Shown one piece after another: positions 15,854 to 25,471 of a stretch of 64,000 nt of DNA; the stretch's first letter is position 1; each line of letters starts with the position of its first letter. Origin of the DNA: a phage. The notes beneath the pieces are model-generated. The model worked only from the letters and a program-made list of their open reading frames with translations, ran no database searches and had not been told where the DNA came from. The translations under genes were made by a program, and so were the position numbers. The stretch lies in the NCBI GenBank assembly GCA_014686905.1, contig GCA_014686905.1_4093.1; one strand, 5' to 3'.

Positions 15854-16068
15854 GAAATTTACAAGGCTTTGAATACATCAGACTCCTGAAAACATGTGGA
15901 AGCAGAAGGAGAATGATATCAAGCGATAAGAGCATCCAAGCTAACCTTAAGCACGCACTAGTAACTGAACTCTATGTAGGTGCACTCTTAGGCACAAACT
16001 ATCAACAAATGTATGTAGATCTATGGATTGACGCTCTACAGAAAGAGGTTAAAAGTAAATGCAAATGA
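15850..16068 (+). CDS. LGTNYQ-family mini-protein
   Basis: motif LLGTNYQQMY. Confidence 0.6.
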   Translation: MRNLQGFEYIRLLKTCGSRRRMISSDKSIQANLKHALVTELYVGALLGTNYQQMYVDLWIDALQKEVKSKCK

Positions 16069-16277
16069 TTAATTTAAGTAAAGACGAATTTTATGTTATA
16101 CTGGCGAAAACTTATCCAGCACGTAAGGCCGTTTATGATAGTCACATTATTGAACCCTCAAAGAAGTTGATTTTAGTAAATGAGATAAAGATGCTTTCAG
16201 TCTTAGGAACAAACTATCAAGAGAATGCTGTACTGATGTTAATTGATGCCCTCCAGCGAGAGGTTAAACGTAAATGA
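16059..16277 (+). CDS. LGTNYQ-family mini-protein
   Basis: motif VLGTNYQENA. Confidence 0.6.
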   Translation: MQMINLSKDEFYVILAKTYPARKAVYDSHIIEPSKKLILVNEIKMLSVLGTNYQENAVLMLIDALQREVKRK

Positions 16278-16504
16278 AAATGATTCATTTAACTTACCAT
16301 GAATATCAAAAACGTTTAAATGCATCCAGAGATATAAGGATTCAAATATTCAATAACAAAAGATTGAAGCCTGATATCAGAAAAATCAAAATTATAGAAG
16401 CAGAGTTATGCAACTTTCTAGGGACCAACTATCAGGCAGGTAAGGTAAAAAACTATCTTAGAGAACTAATGAATAGTATTGAAAATAAATGTAAGGGTAA
16501 TTAA
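16274..16504 (+). CDS. LGTNYQ-family mini-protein
   Basis: motif FLGTNYQAGK. Confidence 0.6.
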   Translation: MKMIHLTYHEYQKRLNASRDIRIQIFNNKRLKPDIRKIKIIEAELCNFLGTNYQAGKVKNYLRELMNSIENKCKGN

Positions 16505-16505
16505 C

Positions 16506-16745
16506 ATGAAAATGATTAAATTATCTCAAGCAAAATATAAAGAACGCCTGGTGAAAATTGCACCTGGACTTAATGAAATCCATCACGGAGAAGTCATTAA
16601 ACACGGAAATAAGATGATTAAGAAACTTGAGTTAAAGGTGGGTGCATTCATAGGAACAAACTATCAGGAGTATTATGTAGATGAATACATAATCGCACTT
16701 AAGAGATACATTGGAAGAAAACTATATCTACAAACTAAAGAATAG
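16506..16745 (+). CDS. LGTNYQ-family mini-protein
   Basis: motif FIGTNYQEYY; ATG 16506 chosen over upstream track start. Confidence 0.55.
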   Translation: MKMIKLSQAKYKERLVKIAPGLNEIHHGEVIKHGNKMIKKLELKVGAFIGTNYQEYYVDEYIIALKRYIGRKLYLQTKE

Positions 16746-16774
16746 TATTGAAAATAAATGTGAGGTTGATGAAC

Positions 16775-17038
16775 ATGCAAATGATCAATTTAAGTAAAGA
16801 TGAATATACCGAGCGTATGACAAAAATTACGCACAAACGTAATACAATCTATCACAACCCAGAAATTCAACACAGTAAGAAAATGATTATGATGCGTGAG
16901 TTAAAGATGGGTGTATTCTTAGGAACAAACTATCAAGATACAGAAGTAAATCGCTTAATCGCGGAGTTACTACTGGAAATCAGAGGTAAGCTGTACTTTC
17001 ATCAAATGACCCAACCACTGAGGTGTACTAAGAAATGA
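16775..17038 (+). CDS. LGTNYQ-family mini-protein
   Basis: motif FLGTNYQDTE; 5' region near-duplicate of 16479-16510. Confidence 0.55.
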   Translation: MQMINLSKDEYTERMTKITHKRNTIYHNPEIQHSKKMIMMRELKMGVFLGTNYQDTEVNRLIAELLLEIRGKLYFHQMTQPLRCTKK

Positions 17039-17250
17039 TCAACATCACATTGCAAGAAAGATTCATCCGAATCAACTATGCAATTACCAAATTAGATGCT
17101 ACTATAGGATTCCAAAGTCTACCATACAAAACCAGATTGTTATTAGAGTGTGAAGCTAAGTTGGGTGTACTGTTAGGGACGCAACACCAACAACGATATG
17201 TGGAAATCTGGATTGACCTTTTAACCCAAAATATATATGAGAGAATGTAA
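17035..17250 (+). CDS. LGTNYQ-family mini-protein
   Basis: motif LLGTQHQQRY. Confidence 0.6.
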   Translation: MINITLQERFIRINYAITKLDATIGFQSLPYKTRLLLECEAKLGVLLGTQHQQRYVEIWIDLLTQNIYERM

Positions 17251-17481
17251 ATGCAAAATGAAATGATATACTTAACGAATGAAGAATTTCAAGAGAAGAT
17301 GTTAAAAACCAAAAACATTACTCTTAAGTTCGTTCCAAATCAATCAATATCTGAAGTATCTGCAAATGTATTGTTTCAGAAGCTACCATACGTTCTTGGA
17401 ACTGATAAACAAGAATTTATGGTTCAAAATATGATTGAACATCTTATAATGAGTATTAAGGAAAAAGTTAATGCAAAATGA
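17251..17481 (+). CDS. LGTNYQ-family mini-protein
   Basis: motif VLGTDKQEFM; first 26 nt identical to next copy. Confidence 0.6.
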   Translation: MQNEMIYLTNEEFQEKMLKTKNITLKFVPNQSISEVSANVLFQKLPYVLGTDKQEFMVQNMIEHLIMSIKEKVNAK

Positions 17482-17725
17482 AATGATATACTTAACCTAT
17501 AATGAATACGTCGAGAGATTAGTTCGTGCCAAGAGATATACCAATAAACGTCCAATTGACCTAAACCAAACCCCAGCAGAAAGGAGTGCAGAAGTATTAT
17601 TCCAATCACTACCATATCTTCTGGGAACTGATAGACAAGAGGAATATGTTGCACGTATGATTAGATATCTTAAAATCACTATTAAGGAAAAAGTAAATGC
17701 AAATGAAATACTTAACAGACGATGA
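17471..17725 (+). CDS. LGTNYQ-family mini-protein
   Basis: motif LLGTDRQEEY; recent duplicate of 17251..17481 with read-through tail. Confidence 0.6.
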   Translation: MQNEMIYLTYNEYVERLVRAKRYTNKRPIDLNQTPAERSAEVLFQSLPYLLGTDRQEEYVARMIRYLKITIKEKVNANEILNRR

Positions 17726-17948
17726 GTTAAAAGAACGACTAATTAAATCAAGAAAACATACAAATCAACTTCCAAACGACACAAACAAGTCTCCAGCGGA
17801 AAGGAGTGCAGAAGTTTTATACATTCAACTCATGTACTTTCTTGGCACTGACAGACAAGAGTATTACATTGAAAGTATGCTTCGATATCTTAAATTCTCT
17901 ATAAAGGAAAAGATACATGATCAAGTATTTAAAAATCCTAACAGTTAA
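17697..17948 (+). CDS. LGTNYQ-family mini-protein
   Basis: motif FLGTDRQEYY. Confidence 0.6.
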   Translation: MQMKYLTDDELKERLIKSRKHTNQLPNDTNKSPAERSAEVLYIQLMYFLGTDRQEYYIESMLRYLKFSIKEKIHDQVFKNPNS

Positions 17949-18159
17949 TGAATATCATAAGATTGTAATGAAAACTAATAGTGATTACGCTAAAAAATCA
18001 AACCCAAAGTACATACTGGAACACACATTTGAAGAACGTCAATTAGCTTTAGTTGAAGCAAAACTTCTTGCACTATTAGGAACAAACTATCAGGAAGAAT
18101 ACAATAGAAAACTAATATACCTTTTAACTAAACATATAAGAAAAAGAAAAAATGCATGA
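17917..18159 (+). CDS. LGTNYQ-family mini-protein
   Basis: motif LLGTNYQEEY. Confidence 0.6.
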   Translation: MIKYLKILTVNEYHKIVMKTNSDYAKKSNPKYILEHTFEERQLALVEAKLLALLGTNYQEEYNRKLIYLLTKHIRKRKNA

Positions 18160-18386
18160 AACACTTGACAGATGATGAACATGGGCTTATAGTAATGGAT
18201 GTAATCAACATCGAATACAAAAAGTTGATACGCTATCGTTGTTATGAAGATAAGCAACTCGTTCTAGCAGAACAGAAGTTGTTTCGACTCTTAAACACAA
18301 ACTACCAAGCACAATACGAAGAATCGTATATGTACCTTTTGGCGAGGAAAGCAAAAAGAGATTATGAAAATTTTAAGCAAAGGTGA
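18156..18386 (+). CDS. LGTNYQ-family mini-protein
   Basis: motif LLNTNYQAQY. Confidence 0.6.
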   Translation: MKHLTDDEHGLIVMDVINIEYKKLIRYRCYEDKQLVLAEQKLFRLLNTNYQAQYEESYMYLLARKAKRDYENFKQR

Positions 18387-18585
18387 TTCAGTAATATTAC
18401 TTATAGAGAGTTCAAGTAAATTCTTAAACATAACACTGTCTGATATAGATGAAGATGACAAAGAAGTACTGAGAGCAGATTTAAGAGTACTGTTACATAT
18501 CGGAACAAACCTACAAGAAGAATATGTAGAGTGCTACATCAATGAACTTAAAGAATCAGTACTGAGAAAATGCAAATGCAAATGA
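18364..18585 (+). CDS. LGTNYQ-family mini-protein
   Basis: motif HIGTNLQEEY. Confidence 0.6.
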   Translation: MKILSKGDSVILLIESSSKFLNITLSDIDEDDKEVLRADLRVLLHIGTNLQEEYVECYINELKESVLRKCKCK

Positions 18586-18803
18586 AAATCATTACCGATG
18601 TAGAATACCTAACAATCATAAATGGACTGTTTTTGAAGCTCTTCGTCATTAACACATCAGATATACCAGATATGGATAAAATTATTAAGAGAAATGAAGT
18701 CTATGTTCTAGCTACCCTTGGAACGAACTATCAAGAACACGACATTAAAGATTATATTAATACACTTAAACGAGCTATTGAACTAAAATGCCAAAACCAC
18801 TAG
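18582..18803 (+). CDS. LGTNYQ-family mini-protein
   Basis: motif TLGTNYQEHD; ATGA-coupled start 18582 (track start 18570). Confidence 0.55.
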   Translation: MKIITDVEYLTIINGLFLKLFVINTSDIPDMDKIIKRNEVYVLATLGTNYQEHDIKDYINTLKRAIELKCQNH

Positions 18804-19003
18804 GAACAGCAGAATACATTGAACTCATGGGATTACACTTCTCATCCTTTCAGAAACTTATGCGAGAATCAAAGAATGATTTAGAATATACCATCAGAGG
18901 TTCCGATTTAAGAATGCTTCTCACCCTAGACACAGATTCCCAAGAGCGATTTGTCAATGAGCATATTAGAGCACTTTTAATGGAAATTAAAAGTAAACTA
19001 TGA
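18788..19003 (+). CDS. LGTNYQ-family mini-protein
   Basis: motif TLDTDSQERF. Confidence 0.55.
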   Translation: MPKPLGTAEYIELMGLHFSSFQKLMRESKNDLEYTIRGSDLRMLLTLDTDSQERFVNEHIRALLMEIKSKL

Positions 19004-19215
19004 AGATAATATCAAACCAAGAGTACTTGGCACTATTCAGGAAGAATAATCACAAATATATGGCACTTGATTCAAGAACTGATATAAGTGAACTTGAAAA
19101 AAATCTTTTGCGTTCAGATATGATAGTACTGACACTCTTAGGAACACAGCATCAAGAGAGAACTGTTAATTCACACATAGGTATTCTTATACAGATTGTA
19201 CAGGAAAAGATATGA
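19000..19215 (+). CDS. LGTNYQ-family mini-protein
   Basis: motif LLGTQHQERT. Confidence 0.6.
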   Translation: MKIISNQEYLALFRKNNHKYMALDSRTDISELEKNLLRSDMIVLTLLGTQHQERTVNSHIGILIQIVQEKI

Positions 19216-19433
19216 GAATCATATCACAACAAGATATTCTTAAGTTCACAAGGGTTCATGCATCTGAATTTGATGCTATATTATCAAAAAGTTACAATGA
19301 CCCTTATACACAAGATGTACATTACAGTGAATTATGGATGTATATACTTTTAGGTACAAATAAGCAAGAGCAAGCCGTACAGAAGTATTTGACAGCTTTA
19401 CGTGATGCTACAGCTAATGGAGTATGTGTTTAA
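19212..19433 (+). CDS. LGTNYQ-family mini-protein
   Basis: motif LLGTNKQEQA. Confidence 0.6.
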   Translation: MRIISQQDILKFTRVHASEFDAILSKSYNDPYTQDVHYSELWMYILLGTNKQEQAVQKYLTALRDATANGVCV

Positions 19434-19434
19434 T

Positions 19435-19677
19435 ATGAAAGTACTGACAGAACTAGAAATGTATCATAGATTTAATAAGTACTATCATTTACTTAAGCCT
19501 ATACAGAGGATTAAATGTCCATTTGAAGAGAAACAGGTTTTAATCTATGAGCACAAGTTCTTTGTATCATTAGGTACAGATCAACAAGAGTACTATTTGA
19601 CGTTGTACTTGATTACATTAATAGATTTAATTCACTATAAAACCAAACAAGCTAATAAAGAGAAATATGAAAACTAA
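19435..19677 (+). CDS. LGTNYQ-family mini-protein
   Basis: motif SLGTDQQEYY; ATG 19435 right after upstream TAA. Confidence 0.55.
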   Translation: MKVLTELEMYHRFNKYYHLLKPIQRIKCPFEEKQVLIYEHKFFVSLGTDQQEYYLTLYLITLIDLIHYKTKQANKEKYEN

Positions 19678-20011
19678 TATACAACTCAAGGTATATAAAT
19701 CATTTGAACATACATATATCAAAAGTAGTCTATGTAGAGATGTAATGGATTACAAGGGTAAGCCATTCACAATTACCTATGATTCTTATGTTAGTGATTT
19801 ATATATATCATTTGTTAATTACGAAAATAAAATATACAAGCACGTTGATATTAAAGATTTAAGTACTTTATCACCAGAGGAATACTTTCAGGAATCATTA
19901 GTATGGGATTTAGAGTTTCCTATGCCATTAGTACATAAGATGATAGTACTAATGAAAGAATCTAAACAGGAGCCTAATGGTGATTATGAAGAACACACAG
20001 TTGAGTATTAA
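19667..20011 (+). CDS. FQxS-family protein
   Basis: motif PEEYFQESLVWD. Confidence 0.6.
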   Translation: MKTNIQLKVYKSFEHTYIKSSLCRDVMDYKGKPFTITYDSYVSDLYISFVNYENKIYKHVDIKDLSTLSPEEYFQESLVWDLEFPMPLVHKMIVLMKESKQEPNGDYEEHTVEY

Positions 20012-20381
20012 AAGTACTGATAATACTAAGAGTTATACAAGCTCAAGTACTGTGACAATCGAAGTGAATTCTATTAATGCTGGTAATGCAGTAGATAAGT
20101 TCTTTATTGCTCAAGGGTACAGGAAAGATATTCATCAATATTGTTCAGTATATGGGGAGTACAATAGTACTGAAGATATAATTTATTGGTCAACACATCA
20201 AGATTATATAACTAAAATTGGCGTTCCAGATGTTAGTACTTTATCTGAAGAAGAATACTTTCAGTACAGCTTAGTACATGATGTACCTATACCTTTAGGG
20301 TTAATCAAGGGTATGCAGGAAGAGGTTCATAAGCTTAAATCCATGAGTTCAGGTACTTTCATTAGAACAGTGCAATACTAG
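19986..20381 (+). CDS. FQxS-family protein
   Basis: motif EEEYFQYSLVHD; start uncertain, overlaps upstream gene. Confidence 0.5.
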   Translation: MKNTQLSIKSTDNTKSYTSSSTVTIEVNSINAGNAVDKFFIAQGYRKDIHQYCSVYGEYNSTEDIIYWSTHQDYITKIGVPDVSTLSEEEYFQYSLVHDVPIPLGLIKGMQEEVHKLKSMSSGTFIRTVQY

Positions 20382-20440
20382 CTTGACAGTACTTTTCATT
20401 ACTGATATAGTACACTAACGTTAATCATAGGGTAAAAATT

Positions 20441-20686
20441 ATGTTAAATTTTTTAAATTTCCTTATCGTTTTGTGTATTGTTCTTGGGATTGCACCATTT
20501 GTATTGTATTTCATGGATTCAGATGAAATGCAGAAGATGAATTGCACAAGGACAGGACAGAGTAGAGAAGAGACGATTCTTATGCCTGTTACGGTTATTG
20601 TTAACAACATGCCCATTACAAACATGGTCCCTACCCTAACGACAACGTACCAGTACTCTTGTGCTGACGGTGAGAGGTGGAGATGA
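20441..20686 (+). CDS. hypothetical protein with N-terminal hydrophobic helix
   Basis: MLNFLNFLIVLCIVLGIAPFVLYF; not a family member. Confidence 0.45.
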   Translation: MLNFLNFLIVLCIVLGIAPFVLYFMDSDEMQKMNCTRTGQSREETILMPVTVIVNNMPITNMVPTLTTTYQYSCADGERWR

Positions 20687-21003
20687 AATTTAATATAGCA
20701 AAAACATCGAGTATATGTATTTTTGGTTATGCTGATGAGTTAGGTGATATTGACATTCTTTTGTACAAAAAGGATGGTGTTATGCATTTCAAGTACCAGG
20801 ATGAAGAGGCAGACAATTATCCTTTACCTAATTTAGTACAAATGCAGGAAGATGAATTATTCCAGTACAGCTTAGTATACGACATTGATATTTGCACGAT
20901 GCCAGTACTAATTAGTATTCAAAAAGTGATGCTCGATATGTATGATAAGCTAATACAAGGTACATCAGGGAGAATCATTGAAATCGATATACAAGACAAT
21001 TAA
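20683..21003 (+). CDS. FQxS-family protein
   Basis: motif EDELFQYSLVYD; ATG 20683. Confidence 0.6.
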   Translation: MKFNIAKTSSICIFGYADELGDIDILLYKKDGVMHFKYQDEEADNYPLPNLVQMQEDELFQYSLVYDIDICTMPVLISIQKVMLDMYDKLIQGTSGRIIEIDIQDN

Positions 21004-21196
21004 TCAAGAATGGAAGACCCAAAAGTACAGGGAATTCAACAGGAATTTTACAAAAGATGCATTGAATTTAAAAACAACAGAGTTTGATATGTTTATTTTT
21101 CTTGGAACACGTTCACAAGAACAATTTGTTCATTATTATATAAATTCGTTGCGAACGGAGATAGTATGCAAAACACAGGGTATTATAAAAAGGTAA
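20978..21196 (+). CDS. LGTNYQ-like mini-protein (outlier copy)
   Basis: motif FLGTRSQEQF; no in-frame ATG near 5' end, possible TTG start. Confidence 0.35.
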   Translation: MKSIYKTINQEWKTQKYREFNRNFTKDALNLKTTEFDMFIFLGTRSQEQFVHYYINSLRTEIVCKTQGIIKR

Positions 21197-21432
21197 ACCA
21201 ATATTTGTACGCTACAAAGTACAGGGATTTTTGTTTAAAGGGTGGTGATGAAGATTTTTCTTTGCGATTATCAGAATTTAATCTGTTATTTTATCTTGGT
21301 ACAAAAGAACAAGAAGAAATGGCACAGAAATTTATCAAGCACCTTTTACAAAAAATTAATATGCAAATTTTGATGCTTAAGTTACAGAATGAGATAAATG
21401 AATATGAATCCAGAAATAGTTCAGGATCTTAA
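21166..21432 (+). CDS. LGTNYQ-like mini-protein (outlier copy)
   Basis: motif YLGTKEQEEM. Confidence 0.5.
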   Translation: MQNTGYYKKVNQYLYATKYRDFCLKGGDEDFSLRLSEFNLLFYLGTKEQEEMAQKFIKHLLQKINMQILMLKLQNEINEYESRNSSGS

Positions 21433-21790
21433 AAAAGTAATATTTCTTTTGAATACCAGAAGTGAATTGTATACAGAGTTAAAAGAGATTAATGCATTTT
21501 ATCAGAATTTTGTAATCCAAGAGATCAGTGATTTAATTACAGATGCATTATTTGAATTATCGGAGAAATACAAAGGTTCAGAGTTCAGTGTTAAGAATGT
21601 TATTCGTCCAAGTGCAAGGAAAATTATATTATCACATTTTACATTTGACAATAAAGATTTATTCAGTCATAATCCAAGTACAGCTTTATATTTTATTCCT
21701 GATTCAGACAAAAATCATCCTATTCATTACGGATGGATTTTGTCATATATAGTACAAGGAAAGGAGTATCCTATTAAATGGAAAGATTAG
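21398..21790 (+). CDS. hypothetical protein (130 aa)
   Basis: track ORF; no family motif. Confidence 0.5.
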   Translation: MNMNPEIVQDLKKVIFLLNTRSELYTELKEINAFYQNFVIQEISDLITDALFELSEKYKGSEFSVKNVIRPSARKIILSHFTFDNKDLFSHNPSTALYFIPDSDKNHPIHYGWILSYIVQGKEYPIKWKD

Positions 21791-21938
21791 GGCGATTAGA
21801 TTATTACACAATTAATACAAATTATTTGTTGCGTAATATAAAATCCGATTACAAAATATGGATAAAGAACAGAGATAGCATGTGTTATGAATTTTATTTA
21901 GATTATGCTATCAAACGATTTTTAAGAGAAGAACATTA

Positions 21939-22142
21939 ATGCAAAAGATTAATACGATAACATTAAATGCATTACAGGATTCATTATTAGATAGTATTAA
22001 GATGTATTACAATATACATTTGAAGGGTGGTATTGATAATTACGATTATTATTTGAGTTTAATTACATTTGAGCACCTTTCAGTACAGGACAGGATTTTA
22101 CATCCTACAAATCCTAGGTATCCATCGATAGGTAAATTATGA
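21939..22142 (+). CDS. hypothetical protein (67 aa)
   Basis: track ORF, ATGA-coupled to next gene. Confidence 0.45.
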   Translation: MQKINTITLNALQDSLLDSIKMYYNIHLKGGIDNYDYYLSLITFEHLSVQDRILHPTNPRYPSIGKL

Positions 22143-22687
22143 ATGAGATAGAGTTATTAGCACACAAGATAAGTACAATAATGCTTATCCTCAATAACAA
22201 CCATCCTATATCGCATATAGATGGAATCCTGAGTCAGAGGACAGGTGGTAGTTTATATTTGTCCATAAACGCAGATATCGCAAGGAAATACATTGATATT
22301 GATGTTGAAATCGAATATGATACAACGGGGATTGTTGATGTAGGTGCATTAATCAGTTCAAATCCAGTATCAGCATCCCCATTGACCAAAGATGTTAGTA
22401 CAGGATTCGAAGGATATTTGTGGTACAATACCAATGATGATTATTTTATATATCAGCATTCCAATACAAATTATGATGAAGACAAATTTCAGTTCATAGA
22501 CCCTTATGATGAAGCTGGCGTATTCCAACAATCATTAATCACAAAACCGCATGAGATGATGTATCTAATGTTATTCAGTACAATGCATTTGAATCCATTA
22601 ATTAAAGGTTTAAAATTTTATATTCAATTAAATTTAGTCCATGTAGTTTATGATTTATTAATGCAAGGATATAGTTATGAAGTATAA
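22139..22687 (+). CDS. FQxS-family protein
   Basis: motif DEAGVFQQSLIT. Confidence 0.55.
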   Translation: MNEIELLAHKISTIMLILNNNHPISHIDGILSQRTGGSLYLSINADIARKYIDIDVEIEYDTTGIVDVGALISSNPVSASPLTKDVSTGFEGYLWYNTNDDYFIYQHSNTNYDEDKFQFIDPYDEAGVFQQSLITKPHEMMYLMLFSTMHLNPLIKGLKFYIQLNLVHVVYDLLMQGYSYEV

Positions 22688-22988
22688 AATGATGTATACC
22701 CCAGATATGATTTATGTTGAATTAGAAGATGATGACGATGGGTGGAATTTGATTTATTCAAGAAGTTCAGGTTGGTACATGGCACATTTAAATGATTCGA
22801 TAGTTACAGATTATTTTGTAGATTTCAATACATTATCCGATGAAGAATTGTTCCAACAGCAATTAGTGATTGACACGGGTGGTTATGATGTCTTATTATT
22901 AAAAAAGATACAGAAAGCTGTTATTGATTTTAAGCCCATGATATGGCAAAGGAAATATTATGACCTCGAAGTACCGTACCAGCAATGA
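22677..22988 (+). CDS. FQxS-family protein
   Basis: motif DEELFQQQLVID. Confidence 0.55.
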   Translation: MKYKMMYTPDMIYVELEDDDDGWNLIYSRSSGWYMAHLNDSIVTDYFVDFNTLSDEELFQQQLVIDTGGYDVLLLKKIQKAVIDFKPMIWQRKYYDLEVPYQQ

Positions 22989-23526
22989 AATTCAGTACAC
23001 CTACGCTAATGCAATCCTTATGGGACAAAAGTTAGCTTGTATTGTTGCAGCCTTATATAATGCCCAGAAATATCACAAGCGTCATTTCCACAAATGTATT
23101 GGTATTATTCCATCGAAGTACAATACATATATTGCGTGCACGAGTCATTTTGATAAACGATTCAATACACCTGATACCCCAAATTCCCGTAGTGTTATTA
23201 GTCTTTTGGATTTCGCACCTGGTGCTGTTATTGGAAAGAATGATTTAGAGTACGCATGGTATAATAAAAATGCCCCATTAGTAATGGTAACATATGATAA
23301 AGAAACGAACAAAACAATAGAGTACAATACATATAAATCAGAGGAAGAATTTTTCCAAGGTTCAATGCTTGTACCAGTGCGTTTGTTATTTTATAATGTC
23401 ATAATGAGTACAGTACACAATAGTCCATTACACAAGAATCACAAAATTAATTTCAATTTTTGTGCTTATGCGATTGATGGTGTGTATGAGTGTTTAATGG
23501 AGGTATTGAGTTATGAAGCTGAATAA
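22960..23526 (+). CDS. FQxS-family protein
   Basis: motif EEEFFQGSMLVP. Confidence 0.55.
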   Translation: MTSKYRTSNEIQYTYANAILMGQKLACIVAALYNAQKYHKRHFHKCIGIIPSKYNTYIACTSHFDKRFNTPDTPNSRSVISLLDFAPGAVIGKNDLEYAWYNKNAPLVMVTYDKETNKTIEYNTYKSEEEFFQGSMLVPVRLLFYNVIMSTVHNSPLHKNHKINFNFCAYAIDGVYECLMEVLSYEAE

Positions 23527-23854
23527 TACATTTGATATTAATAAGTTAAGAGAATGGTTTTATAGTATTGAAATTGAAGCCATCCCGTATCATAGATATG
23601 AACAATATAATTTAACCAGTATTGATATCAGTGAGTTGTACGCGTATTATCAAAGTGCATTAGAGATGCATAAGTTATTTTTGAGTACAGATTTTGTTCT
23701 AAATTACAATTTTGAGGAATTTAAAAATTATAATTTAGTACAGAAATATGTAGTAGCAAAGTACATGTACCTTCAAGGAATTACAAGTATAGTGGAATTC
23801 AATACAGTCCTTGCTTTAGTTGAGGTAATTTTATGCAGTACATGTATGATTTAG
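23513..23854 (+). CDS. hypothetical protein, possibly degenerate family member
   Basis: weak motif LYAYYQSALEMH. Confidence 0.45.
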   Translation: MKLNNTFDINKLREWFYSIEIEAIPYHRYEQYNLTSIDISELYAYYQSALEMHKLFLSTDFVLNYNFEEFKNYNLVQKYVVAKYMYLQGITSIVEFNTVLALVEVILCSTCMI

Positions 23855-24339
23855 AGTTCAGCTTAGATGCTGCATTTAAATATGTTCACAAGATAGAAAC
23901 AATATACAGTACATTATGTGCAATAAAATCAGTAACAGAAGAGCTTGATGTTGGTGAAAAATATCAGGTATGGAATAATACATTTTTAAATAAAGAACGT
24001 TGCTCTACGGGGTTTAATATTTTAACATTTAATCCCAGCAATTGTTACCCAGAGAAGCATGAACGTTATCCGAATGACGACATGTGGTTTGAGTACAAAG
24101 AAGATTGTGATATGTCGTTCATTGAAGTTCCTGATGATTTTAATGCACAAGATTTAACAGACGAGTGGTGGTTCCAGCAGAATTTAGTCCACGATGATAT
24201 TGATTTATTTTTTTATGTAGTATTTAAAATGCTTTATCACAACAATATAGTACAAGATAGTGTGTTTTTTTCATGTCTATATATTGATGATTTGTACAAT
24301 GAAATTCAAATCAACATGCCCAGCACGCCTGTATCGTAA
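23833..24339 (+). CDS. FQxS-family protein
   Basis: motif DEWWFQQNLVHD. Confidence 0.55.
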   Translation: MQYMYDLEFSLDAAFKYVHKIETIYSTLCAIKSVTEELDVGEKYQVWNNTFLNKERCSTGFNILTFNPSNCYPEKHERYPNDDMWFEYKEDCDMSFIEVPDDFNAQDLTDEWWFQQNLVHDDIDLFFYVVFKMLYHNNIVQDSVFFSCLYIDDLYNEIQINMPSTPVS

Positions 24340-24421
24340 GATATGGGCTTTTTTCGTTTTGGTATTGACAAAGAAGTGCAAAGCTGTTATCATGTGTAAT
24401 CATTTTAAAGGAGAACATATA

Positions 24422-24934
24422 GTGAGTTTCATAATCCCAAGTACATACGAAGATGCATCAAGTGCAGTTCATAAGATTCATTATATTTTTAATTTAATTA
24501 TTAGATCTGCAAAAATTAAAATGTATGCACCTCTTGTGACAAATAATCGAAATGAAGAAATTTTTATTAGCACAGACAAAATTATTTTTCCATATTTCAA
24601 TGAAGATAGATTGTGGTTCATACATTTAGCTGCATTACAAAAATATAAGATGTCAATTCGTAATAATTTGGTTATACCGTTATATCATCCAGATATTGGA
24701 GAGGATGAGTATTTTCAGTACAGTACAGTACATCGCCATGAAGATATCTTTGTTGCTATGCTTATTGCTAAATTGAACACCGTTGATTTGGAGTACCACA
24801 AATACAATAATAAATCATGTAAGATCATAATCCCTGCATTCATAGCTCTTTATGATTATGTGGTGCATAACAAAAAAGATGATACATATGCTTTCAATGA
24901 AGAGTATTTGGATTTTTTTAAGGATAACATATGA
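24422..24934 (+). CDS. FQxS-family protein
   Basis: motif EDEYFQYSTVHR; putative GTG start 24422 after RBS AAGGAGA (track start 24260 overlaps upstream gene). Confidence 0.5.
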   Translation: MSFIIPSTYEDASSAVHKIHYIFNLIIRSAKIKMYAPLVTNNRNEEIFISTDKIIFPYFNEDRLWFIHLAALQKYKMSIRNNLVIPLYHPDIGEDEYFQYSTVHRHEDIFVAMLIAKLNTVDLEYHKYNNKSCKIIIPAFIALYDYVVHNKKDDTYAFNEEYLDFFKDNI

Positions 24935-25470
24935 GCAGTACAACAGTATCAAAAGTACAGAAAGCAATGTCATTCAATGAAATTGGTACATTTAAAGATA
25001 AGATCATTGATTGCCTTGAATACATGATTTGTAGTAATATCGAAAGTATCGAGATATTTAACAAGACAAATCGCTCTTACCATATGATGTACATTGCAAA
25101 CAATAATGGTATCATTCCATTTATTTCGGATAGTACAATATGGTACGCATGTGATACGAAAAAATACACAGCAGGTTCGTATAGCTTAGGGTCACATACG
25201 GAATTGATTATTCCTGAGCATTGTATGCAAGAAGAAGAATATTTTCAAATGCAATGTATACATTCACCATTAGTGTTGTTTAGTTTATATATTATACCTT
25301 ATATCACCAAATGTGTTCATGAGAATAAAGCTCCGTGGAATCATGAATTTGTATCGTTGAAGTTATTGTATAATGTATTAGTAGAATATTATGATTACAG
25401 GCACAATGGTACAATCAGTGATGTATGGGATTTTGAATCGCTAAGGGTGAAAACATACACAGGTGAATGA
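24931..25470 (+). CDS. FQxS-family protein
   Basis: motif EEEYFQMQCIHS. Confidence 0.55.
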   Translation: MSSTTVSKVQKAMSFNEIGTFKDKIIDCLEYMICSNIESIEIFNKTNRSYHMMYIANNNGIIPFISDSTIWYACDTKKYTAGSYSLGSHTELIIPEHCMQEEEYFQMQCIHSPLVLFSLYIIPYITKCVHENKAPWNHEFVSLKLLYNVLVEYYDYRHNGTISDVWDFESLRVKTYTGE

Positions 25471-25471
25471 T

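Larger units (their letters stand above)
13291..19677 (+). repeat. tandem array of 29 LGTNYQ-motif mini-protein genes
   Basis: head-to-tail ~200-230 bp units, mostly ATGA-coupled, each with [LFM]-G-T-[NDQ]-x-Q core. Confidence 0.8.

Noticed and set aside
13291-19677. Regular ~210-230-bp periodicity that could suggest a CRISPR or satellite array
   Set aside because: Each unit is a full ORF with a conserved protein motif and coupled start/stop; there are no short identical direct repeats with unique spacers
21543-21752. 69-aa alternative-frame ORF inside 21398..21790
   Set aside because: Fully nested in a longer ORF in a different frame; Leu/Ile-rich product typical of AT-rich out-of-frame translation
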